Shown piece after piece: positions 1-7,640 of a stretch of DNA of 28,822 bases. Numbering within the stretch: the first letter of the stretch is position 1; each line of letters begins with the position of its first letter. This DNA is from Candidatus Hodarchaeota archaeon (lineage in GTDB: Archaea > Asgardarchaeota > Heimdallarchaeia > Hodarchaeales > Hodarchaeaceae). The position numbers and the translations under genes were made by a program. The notes under the pieces were generated by a model. The model worked only from the letters and a program-made list of their open reading frames with translations. It was not told where the DNA came from and ran no database searches. The stretch lies in the NCBI GenBank assembly GCA_016840035.1, contig JAEOTC010000045.1, forward strand, positions 1 to 28,822, given 5' to 3'.

Positions 1-317
1 CACAATAGATACTTCTTTCATCTTAATATACTTCCGAAATATTATTAATTATAGTTTTAAATAGAAAGGTATGTTATTTAAGGTAATATAAGGAAAATTC
101 GCATATATTAAATCGCTTCACCTAGTGATTCTCGAAACTAATATCAACATTAAGAAAATTATACTCAAATGTTTGCTTCCCCAATTTATTTTCTAATAAT
201 GAGAGTCATTTTTTAGATTATTTTAGGAAGTGTGTCTAGTAGAAGAAGAGGTTACAATCCAAAATATAGTTCTTCAAAAAAACATTTTTATAAAATAACA
301 GATAGTATCAATCGATA

Positions 318-707
318 GTGAAAGCTTTGGGTACTCATGAAATAATCCAAGCCTTTGAGGCTGTTTTTGGGGAAATGATTGATCTTCCAGCCTGTATTTC
401 CCTCTGTGACAATGATGGCCTTCTTATATATTCAGTAGGAGAATGTGCAGATCAATGGGTTTTAGAATCACTGTTATCCTATCTGATCATGTCGTTTGAA
501 GCTACTTTTGATAAATTAATTCAGATAAACGAGGTACTTGATAGTCTTGTAATAACTACTGGGGATAAAGTCTATTACATTGATAATGTTGGAGGAAAGG
601 AAGGATTATATATGATAATACAAACCACTCCAGTTTTAATGAACAAAGTTCTCCCCTTTCTTAAAAATATTGTAGAAAATGTTGAAAAATCATTATCTAG
701 AGGATAA
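318..707 (+). CDS. Roadblock/LAMTOR2 (profilin-like fold) domain protein
   Basis: 129 aa with helix - 'ISLCDNDGLLIYS' hairpin - helix - three short strands - C-terminal helix, the typical Roadblock/LC7 pattern; GTG start. Confidence 0.65.
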   Translation: MKALGTHEIIQAFEAVFGEMIDLPACISLCDNDGLLIYSVGECADQWVLESLLSYLIMSFEATFDKLIQINEVLDSLVITTGDKVYYIDNVGGKEGLYMIIQTTPVLMNKVLPFLKNIVENVEKSLSRG

Positions 708-951
708 ACGCTTATAAATTCTTGCAAAAATTGACAATTTTTTTCAAATCTCTTTCTTATAAGAATAAAATTTAGTTTTCTCAATTTTATTAGCGTAAAA
801 TTAGATTTATTAGGAGTAATCATTTTTAAACCAATATTTTCAAGAAACATCTACATATCAAGTAACTTTTTAATTTCCCAATATTTCCCCTTACTTTGTC
901 TAAGGTATACCGATTGATAATAAATTAGATCTAAAAGGAAGATAGGTATTC

Positions 952-2037
952 ATGGGAAAGATTAGAGTAGCAATCGCAGGATTAGGTAATTGTGCTTCGG
1001 CTTTAATTCAAGGTGTTCACTATTATCGCAATGAAAAACCTGATACAAGAGTTCCAGGCTTAATGCACGTCAAATTTGGTGATTACCATGTGCGTGATTT
1101 AGAATTTGTCGCAGCGTTTGAAGTCAATAAAGACAAAATCGGGAAAAAAATTAGTGATGCAATCTGGGTAGAGCCTAATTGTACACCAAAGTTCTCTGAT
1201 GTCCCTGATATCGATGTTATTGTTCAACCTGGACCAATAAATGATGGGGTTGCTTCTCATATGATGGATTCATTTCATTGTTATGACGAATCGAAGATGA
1301 GTCCAGTAGATGTGGCTCAAGTATTGAAGGACGCGAAAGCTGATGTTCTAGTTAATTTTCTCCCTGTGGGAAGTGAGGAAGCTACCCGTGTTTATGCCCA
1401 AGCCTGTTTGGATTCTGGAGTTTCCCTTGCTAATGGGATTCCTACGTTTATTGTTTCAGATCCCTCTAAAGAATGGCCAAAGAAATTTGAGGAGAAAGGG
1501 ATTCCTATTGCAGGAGATGATATTAAATCTCAAGTCGGCGCAACTATTTTGCACAGAGTATTAGCGAAATTAATGCTTAATCGTGGAATTGAAATTGATA
1601 AAACCTATCAACTCAATGTTGGTGGTAACACTGATTTTGAAAACATGAAGTATGAAGCTCGTTTAAAGACGAAACGGATAAGCAAAACAGAAGCAGTTAC
1701 AAGTTTAATGCCTCATGATGTTCCTACACGTATTGGTCCCTCTGATTATGTTCCCTTTCTAGGAGATAGGAAAATATGCTATCTATTACTCGATGGTCGG
1801 AAGTTTGGTGACCAACCAGTCTCCATTGAAGCGAAATTAAGTGTTATTGATAGTCCCAATTCCGCCGGGGTTATGATAGATGTTATTCGTGCCTTAAAAA
1901 TTGCCAGAGATCGGAAGATTGGTGGTCCATTAATCTCAATGTCTTCTTACTCATTTAAGCATCCTCCAGTTCAAATACCTGATTTCGAGGCTCATGAACG
2001 AGTTGAAGCCTTCATTCGGGGAGAAGTTGAGAGATAA
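952..2037 (+). CDS. ino1: myo-inositol-1-phosphate synthase
   Basis: Motifs 'AIAGLGNCASALIQG', 'NFLPVGSEEA', 'GDDIKSQVGATILHR', 'QLNVGGNTDF', 'DSPNSAG'. Confidence 0.97.
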   Translation: MGKIRVAIAGLGNCASALIQGVHYYRNEKPDTRVPGLMHVKFGDYHVRDLEFVAAFEVNKDKIGKKISDAIWVEPNCTPKFSDVPDIDVIVQPGPINDGVASHMMDSFHCYDESKMSPVDVAQVLKDAKADVLVNFLPVGSEEATRVYAQACLDSGVSLANGIPTFIVSDPSKEWPKKFEEKGIPIAGDDIKSQVGATILHRVLAKLMLNRGIEIDKTYQLNVGGNTDFENMKYEARLKTKRISKTEAVTSLMPHDVPTRIGPSDYVPFLGDRKICYLLLDGRKFGDQPVSIEAKLSVIDSPNSAGVMIDVIRALKIARDRKIGGPLISMSSYSFKHPPVQIPDFEAHERVEAFIRGEVER

Positions 2038-2052
2038 ATTCTTGAATAGCAC

Positions 2053-2991
2053 TTGGTGCTTGATTTGAACTTCAGATCACTTTTTCGCGACATTTACGAT
2101 CTAATACGATTTCCTTTATGTATAATGGGTTCTCTTGCGGGGTTTACTGCAGGACTGATAGTATTACTCGTTCAAAATCCTGGATATGATATTGGAACTC
2201 TACTTGCCGAATATTGGCAATTTGGGGTATTAGGATTATCCATTCCGTTTTTTATTGTAGGAGCTTCCATGGCAATTAACGATTATCATGATTTTGAATC
2301 CGATAGGATTAATGGGAGGATGGATAGACCACTTGTAAGGAATCCCAATATAAAACCAAGCTACGTATTATATGGGTCAATTCTCATGATTGGATTAGGT
2401 GTCCTAATTGCGTTTCTTTTATTTTCAGACAATCTTCTTGTTCCTTTAGGAGTAGTCCTTTTCAGTTTCCTGTCGATTTCATATAATTTGTGGACAAAAG
2501 ATAAAGGTATTCTTGGAAATATTACAGTCGCAACGAGTAATACAGCTCCTTATTTATTAACTCTTGTTGCTCTTGAAGCGAGAGATACAAGTACGGTACT
2601 TGTTGTTTTTGTTATGGCTATCATTACATTTTGTGGTGTATTAGGAAGAGAATTGGTAAAGGGAATTATGGATATTGAGGGTGATCGCATTACAGAATCT
2701 CGTACTTTTGCTGTTCAATATGGTCCGAAGAAAGCAGTTCAATTAGCATCTTTCTTGTTCCTAATTTTAATAGTCCTCATTCCATTACCAATGTTTATCA
2801 AATTTCAAAACAATTATTTTTATTTGATTTTGATGGTAGTTACTGTTTCAATGTTTCTTTACACGGTTATGATTTTATATAATGACCCTTCTGTTAACTC
2901 AGGAATAAAAGCAAGGTCTTATACTCGAACGGCACTCTGGATTGGATCTGCAGCTTTTTTAGTTGGTGCACTTGCCCTTTCTGGAGTCTAA
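2053..2991 (+). CDS. UbiA-family prenyltransferase, likely digeranylgeranylglyceryl-phosphate (DGGGP) synthase
   Basis: Multi-pass membrane protein with 'INDYHDFESDRIN..DRPL', 'YNLWTK..GILGNI' and 'RELVKGIMDIEGD' Asp-rich motifs. Confidence 0.85.
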   Translation: MVLDLNFRSLFRDIYDLIRFPLCIMGSLAGFTAGLIVLLVQNPGYDIGTLLAEYWQFGVLGLSIPFFIVGASMAINDYHDFESDRINGRMDRPLVRNPNIKPSYVLYGSILMIGLGVLIAFLLFSDNLLVPLGVVLFSFLSISYNLWTKDKGILGNITVATSNTAPYLLTLVALEARDTSTVLVVFVMAIITFCGVLGRELVKGIMDIEGDRITESRTFAVQYGPKKAVQLASFLFLILIVLIPLPMFIKFQNNYFYLILMVVTVSMFLYTVMILYNDPSVNSGIKARSYTRTALWIGSAAFLVGALALSGV

Positions 2992-3002
2992 GCTAGTCTA
3001 AT

Positions 3003-4391
3003 ATGGGATTAAATTTGTTCGGCGATCCAAAAGTGTTTACATGGCAAATTGCTCAAAAATCTAAGTTACGAGAAGGATCTGAAGGTGTTTATAAGATCAT
3101 CAGACAGCTATATAGGTACCAACACCAGAAAATCACGAATAAAGAATTTGCACGGATTGTTGGAATTCCTGTCCCCGTTATTTCCGCAGTTCGGGGAGAG
3201 TTATTAAAGACTGAATTCTTGAAAACTAAAAACATACTTACAGAAAAAGCAATTTCATGGCTCGAAAAGGAACTAGGATTGAGATTTGAAAATTCATTCT
3301 TCCAAGATTTTGATGCCTCCTCCTTCTCAATTACGAATGAATGTTTAGAGTTTTTTAAGCCGGTTATTGATGCTTTACAAACTCGTCCCTCTCCTGAATA
3401 TAAATATGATCAAACAAGGAGTACTATTGAGACAGTATTAAAGCGCGCACTAATAATGGCCCGAAATGGAGACGTAGAAGGAAGAAAAATTGTTTTATTG
3501 GGTGATGATGACGGTCTGTCTATGGCACTTGCCCATTTAAACTGCGCTCAAGAAATTTTTGTCATTGATATTGATTCACGGATTTTAAAGGTAATTGATG
3601 ATTTTTCTGAACAAAATAAATTCTCTACAGTAGTACAAACGCATCTATGGGACATAAGAACAGCTTTTCCTGAAGAATGGCTGAATCGATTTGATACATT
3701 TGAAATGGATCCCCCTTATACTGTTTTAGGCTTCAAATTATTTGTAAATCGCGCCCTTTCGTTAATTGATCCAGAATCGAATTCCCACGGGTATATTTCA
3801 TTTGGGAATAAGACCCCATTGGATAAATGGGAGTGCCAAGACTTCATAAATAGCAATGGACTCGTAATCGAGGAATTCATTCCAAATTTCAACCAATATA
3901 TTGGGGCAACAATACTGGGTAGTTCATCAAACCTTTATATCGTTGGTTCTATCCCTGAGAAAGTATGTAGAACGGAACTAGGGGATCAAAAGCAAGCAAT
4001 CTATACGTTTGATGAAAAAAAGGTTAAAGAACTACCTACGGTTGGCTACCAAATCCTGGCAGAATTTTATGGTGTTAAGAGGAAGATTTTAACTGAACCT
4101 ATCTATCTAAAGGAAATTGTAAGCAAAGGATTGAACCAAAGTCAACTTCACACTGAGGAAGTTTTTCTAAAAGAGTATTCTCCCTACGGACTCTCCCTTA
4201 TCTTTATCTTAGTAGAAAGTCACTGTCATATTCACACATGGCCAGAACATGATTATTTATCCTTGGATTTATTCGTCTGTGAAGCAAAAGAAAAAGCCGA
4301 AACATTCTTCCGCTATATTATAAAAACAATCAATCCAGTTGATTACCATAAATTTCAGTTTTTTCGGGGACAACCTCCGTTAACAGATTGA
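3003..4391 (+). CDS. bpsA: Fusion: N4-bis(aminopropyl)spermidine synthase-like (BpsA/DUF43) N-terminal region + pyruvoyl-dependent S-adenosylmethionine decarboxylase-like (SpeD/SpeH) C-terminal domain
   Basis: BpsA motifs 'YDQ', 'GDVEGRKIVLLGDDD', 'DIDSR', 'FDTFEMDPPYT', 'PNFNQY'; from about nt 4038 'GYQILAEFYG...SPYGLS..ILVESHCHIHTWPEHDYLSLDLFVC..RG', with the E-S autocleavage site at 4215-4220. Confidence 0.88.
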   Translation: MGLNLFGDPKVFTWQIAQKSKLREGSEGVYKIIRQLYRYQHQKITNKEFARIVGIPVPVISAVRGELLKTEFLKTKNILTEKAISWLEKELGLRFENSFFQDFDASSFSITNECLEFFKPVIDALQTRPSPEYKYDQTRSTIETVLKRALIMARNGDVEGRKIVLLGDDDGLSMALAHLNCAQEIFVIDIDSRILKVIDDFSEQNKFSTVVQTHLWDIRTAFPEEWLNRFDTFEMDPPYTVLGFKLFVNRALSLIDPESNSHGYISFGNKTPLDKWECQDFINSNGLVIEEFIPNFNQYIGATILGSSSNLYIVGSIPEKVCRTELGDQKQAIYTFDEKKVKELPTVGYQILAEFYGVKRKILTEPIYLKEIVSKGLNQSQLHTEEVFLKEYSPYGLSLIFILVESHCHIHTWPEHDYLSLDLFVCEAKEKAETFFRYIIKTINPVDYHKFQFFRGQPPLTD

Positions 4392-4410
4392 TCTTAAGGT
4401 GTAAAATGGA

Positions 4411-5061
4411 ATGTCTAGTCGTTTAGATGATCAAAATCAAGAATTTCATTTCCTAAACGAACTTGGTAGAAAAGCGGTCCATTTATCAGTCTTAATTATA
4501 CCCTTTAGTTATCACGTACTTAATATCGAATTATGGTTTATCCAATTATCTCTTTTCGGAGTTTTATGCTTTTTTTTACCAATGGAACTCTATCGACTCA
4601 AAATTAATCCTAGAACTTGGATAAATTATATTACACGAGAGGCAGAGAAGGATGAACCAGCAAATTATATTCTTACCACACTAACCTGGTTAATCGTATT
4701 ACTTGGAGTTTATTGGTTTTATTCAATGGAAGTGGCAGAGTTAGCATTAGTGGCAACTGTGCTTGGAGATTCAGCTGCTGCACTGATTGGAAGAGGAGTT
4801 GGGCAGCATAGACTACCTTTCACAAGAGATAAAACTGTAGAAGGATATTTTGGGGGTGTATTTTTTACTTATTTGTTTGGATTCGTATTTCTCTATTTAA
4901 TCGGGTCTCCTTCATTCGTTCTTCCACTTTTACCAGCAATTACTGTAGCAATATTTGATTTCTTCGAAGATCTCCCTTATTGGGCTGCAGATAATTTATT
5001 TCATCCATTGATAACCCTCCTTTTCGCATATGTTCTGACCCTCATTGGGATTATTAGCTAG
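4411..5061 (+). CDS. CTP-dependent polyprenol/phytol/dolichol kinase family membrane protein
   Basis: 'ELGRKAVHL', 'GDSAAALIGR..G.H.LP...KTVEG' and C-terminal 'DNL' motifs; hydrophobic segments. Confidence 0.85.
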   Translation: MSSRLDDQNQEFHFLNELGRKAVHLSVLIIPFSYHVLNIELWFIQLSLFGVLCFFLPMELYRLKINPRTWINYITREAEKDEPANYILTTLTWLIVLLGVYWFYSMEVAELALVATVLGDSAAALIGRGVGQHRLPFTRDKTVEGYFGGVFFTYLFGFVFLYLIGSPSFVLPLLPAITVAIFDFFEDLPYWAADNLFHPLITLLFAYVLTLIGIIS

Positions 5062-5074
5062 TGTGTTTTTTCGA

Positions 5075-5785
5075 CTATTTTCCAGTTAAAGGAACCATCT
5101 TATTCGAATTACATACTTTACAATGGTTATTCTTAACGAAACAATTCTTACAATAAGGTGTATTACAACTAGGATTCCCACATTGAACAGTAGCGAATTC
5201 ATCGCAAGTATGGCAGATAGTTTTAGAGCCAAACAAGTTGCGTGCTTGACCAAACCGCTTTATTCTATAATATATAATAATCGTAAGCAAAATGCTGAGA
5301 AGGAGTACAATTGGTATGAAAAAAGGAACATCAAAGATAGTAGTGGGTTCTTCTGTCACATCCAAGAGAATTTCTGAAATCGTCACTTGATAGGTTAAAT
5401 CTTCTAAATAGAAAGGATCTGACTCATTATTAAATGCTTCACCACTTGTAAACGAAATGTCAAATGTATCTGTTTCACCAGCTCTCATACCTAGGATACC
5501 CTTCATAAAACCGACATTTGGGGGAACAGTAAGAAATGGATATTGTTCATATAACTCAGGAGGAGCATTAGGATCATTTGGATCATGTACCCATACAGTC
5601 CCATTCTGTATTTCCTCAATCACGAGATTTACCCACAAAGTATAGTTGAGTTTCACTACATCATTCAGTTCAATACGGGTATCAGGTGTGACTTCCAGTG
5701 CAGAATTTACTGTTAAATTCTTTCCTGAAATAGGAATCAATAGAAAGAGTAAGATGCAAACAGGCATTAAACGTTTATAATCCAT
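5075..5785 (-). CDS. Type I membrane protein: signal peptide, FKBP-like ectodomain, TM helix, cytoplasmic 8-Cys zinc finger
   Basis: 'NDVVKLNYTL', 'GFMKGILGMRAGET..F', 'EAF', 'LTYQVTISEI' match the FKBP/SlyD fold; TM 'FFIPIVLLLSILLTIIIYY' followed by RIKR; C-x2-C-x7-C-x4-C-x4-C-x2-C-x6-C-x2-C. Confidence 0.7.
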   Translation of the reverse strand: MDYKRLMPVCILLFLLIPISGKNLTVNSALEVTPDTRIELNDVVKLNYTLWVNLVIEEIQNGTVWVHDPNDPNAPPELYEQYPFLTVPPNVGFMKGILGMRAGETDTFDISFTSGEAFNNESDPFYLEDLTYQVTISEILLDVTEEPTTIFDVPFFIPIVLLLSILLTIIIYYRIKRFGQARNLFGSKTICHTCDEFATVQCGNPSCNTPYCKNCFVKNNHCKVCNSNKMVPLTGK

Positions 5786-5902
5786 TTTTAATCACTAGAG
5801 ATGTCAAAGAACGAATAAAGAGGATTGAACTTTTATATTTATTTCTGAAGAACAGAAGAAGAATAATATTATGCTCTCTGAATAACAAACACATCGGATA
5901 TA

Positions 5903-6295
5903 ATGACACCAAATTCAGATTTAATACAAAAATTTGAGCTTCAAGGATGGGCTGCTAACAGTTCTCACCGATCAGAAGGAGTAGCGTTTATAGCTCAAGA
6001 CCCTGCAACTGCTCGGGAAAGATTAAACCTTTTTACTGATGATTCTCCACGGATCTTAATTTGTCCCCTTTTGGATTGGTCTTGGTCAGATATTGCTAAT
6101 AAAGTGGCGGGAGTAGTTACAGATCATGGAACAAGAGTTTCTAGAGGATCAGAAGTCTCTGGTATAGTTCAAGTTGCTGCTGTATTGGGGACTAGGACAG
6201 CAACCAAGATGATCAACGATGGAGATTATGTTAAAATAATCTGTGAGGGAAATGATGCGTTAGCGAAAGTATTTGAAAAAGCTAAAAGGGAGTAA
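5903..6295 (+). CDS. Stand-alone PEP-utilising enzyme mobile (phosphohistidine swivel) domain, catalytic His apparently absent
   Basis: 'ILICP..D..W', 'AGVVTDHGTRVSRGSEVS', 'AAVLGTRTATKMINDGDYVKI' align with the consensus 'A.vTd.GG.tSHaaIvaRE.giPaVvG...AT..l.dG..v'. Confidence 0.75.
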   Translation: MTPNSDLIQKFELQGWAANSSHRSEGVAFIAQDPATARERLNLFTDDSPRILICPLLDWSWSDIANKVAGVVTDHGTRVSRGSEVSGIVQVAAVLGTRTATKMINDGDYVKIICEGNDALAKVFEKAKRE

Positions 6296-6300
6296 CTTGT

Positions 6301-6936
6301 TTACTCTTTTTCTTCCTCATTAGACTTTTCTTTTGATTCTTCTGTAGAAGACTGAACTTCTCTCTCTGCAAGTTTTAATTTTACGTAGCTATCCCATTCC
6401 TCTTGATTGGTTTGGAATTTCTCTTCCCATTCTTTTGTGAGTGTTAATAATTGATTATCGTGTTCAGTTTTAATTGTAGAGAGTTGAGATTCTAATTCTT
6501 TCACCATAGTAGTTAATCGAGAGTATTGTTGCAAAGTCTCTTCTTTTTCAGTTTCCAAAGTTTTGGCTCTCTGTTCTAAAATATTAATTTGTTTTTGTAA
6601 TCCGTCAACTTCAGCTTCTTTTTTCACAAGAGTATCTTGAAGGCTTTCAAGGGCATTGGTGTCTGTTTGATCACTTTTCTTAGCCTGGCTTCTGGTTTTT
6701 TTGGCAATGCTAATGGAGTATTGATTAAGTAGATCCTGATTGATCTTTATAAGCTGATCAGTAATCTCTCGAACAAAGCTTTCTGCTTGATACACGGGTA
6801 CACTTGAATGAGCAGGAACTCGACGAGGAATTGACTGTAAAAAAGTATCACGAGATTCTCCTAACTGTGTTTTAGACTCAGATATAAGAGGATCAAACAA
6901 TTTCATTATGAAGTTACCAAGATCAGAATCGGACAT
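6301..6936 (-). CDS. Coiled-coil protein of unknown function
   Basis: Long heptad-patterned, Q/E/K-rich C-terminal half; start moved to ATG at 6936, which is preceded by a GGAGTGA RBS-like sequence. Confidence 0.7.
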   Translation of the reverse strand: MSDSDLGNFIMKLFDPLISESKTQLGESRDTFLQSIPRRVPAHSSVPVYQAESFVREITDQLIKINQDLLNQYSISIAKKTRSQAKKSDQTDTNALESLQDTLVKKEAEVDGLQKQINILEQRAKTLETEKEETLQQYSRLTTMVKELESQLSTIKTEHDNQLLTLTKEWEEKFQTNQEEWDSYVKLKLAEREVQSSTEESKEKSNEEEKE

Positions 6937-7112
6937 CAAATCACTCCAAAAAAATGCATTATTGTAGGGGAGAATATTCACTCTTTTTAATTTTGGTATT
7001 CGTTAGAGTTCTTTTTCCTTACCTTTATAATAGATCGTTGGAAGAAAAAAATAGGGTTAAATCTACATTTATGATAGATAAAAAGAATCTCAGAAAAACG
7101 GTGATCTGTGAA

Positions 7113-7481
7113 ATGTCTTATCAAGATGATATGAACGCATTAATTCAGAATGGATATGTGTCCATTGTTACAATATTCGATCCAAATGGCGCTACTTACT
7201 GGACAAACCAACCAGAGTGGCAAGTTGATGGTCCAACTCTGATTAATTCCTGGAAAAATAAGGAACCTGGAGTAAATGTTGCTGGAGTTCGTTATTCAAG
7301 TATGGTTAATGATTGGGAAGCAGGTAGCTTTGTCGCAAGGAATGTTGGTGGAGCAGGAATTATAGTTTTGGTTCGCGCTCCAAATAATTATTACTTCTTA
7401 ACATGGACTCCTGGGGATGTACAGATTCCTTCAATTAATGTCCATGGTGAAGTTTTTAAGATGGCAGCTAAATTTAAGTAA
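7113..7481 (+). CDS. Profilin (Asgard-type actin-monomer-binding protein)
   Basis: 122 aa from ATG 7113 (GGTGA at 7100-7104): 'MSYQ..', 'TIFDPNG', 'W', 'GVNVAGVRY', 'VARNVGGAGIIVL' and a C-terminal helix match profilin conserved elements. Confidence 0.88.
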   Translation: MSYQDDMNALIQNGYVSIVTIFDPNGATYWTNQPEWQVDGPTLINSWKNKEPGVNVAGVRYSSMVNDWEAGSFVARNVGGAGIIVLVRAPNNYYFLTWTPGDVQIPSINVHGEVFKMAAKFK

Positions 7482-7520
7482 TCTCCTCTCCATTCCTCTC
7501 TTTCCTTTTTTTCCCCTCTG
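7482..7520 (+). terminator. Pyrimidine/oligo-T tract, probable archaeal terminator after profilin
   Basis: Nearly pure C/T run containing a T-tract, immediately after the stop codon. Confidence 0.45.
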
Positions 7521-7640
7521 ATTTATCTCTCTTTCCTTCTGTCATACTTCTTTAATAAGTCAAGGAGAACAAACACTAAAGTTCTCTCAGTAGTCAGTTT
7601 ATATTCATTACTGACTCCTAAAACGCTAGATGAGAATCCT

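Noticed and set aside
575-850. 91-aa minus-strand ORF
   Set aside because: Overlaps the Roadblock gene antisense and runs through AT-rich intergenic DNA; no recognisable motif.
6954-7112. 53-aa N-terminal extension of profilin in the ORF track
   Set aside because: It spans the divergent promoter region; ATG 7113 has a GGTGA RBS and matches the profilin N-terminus.
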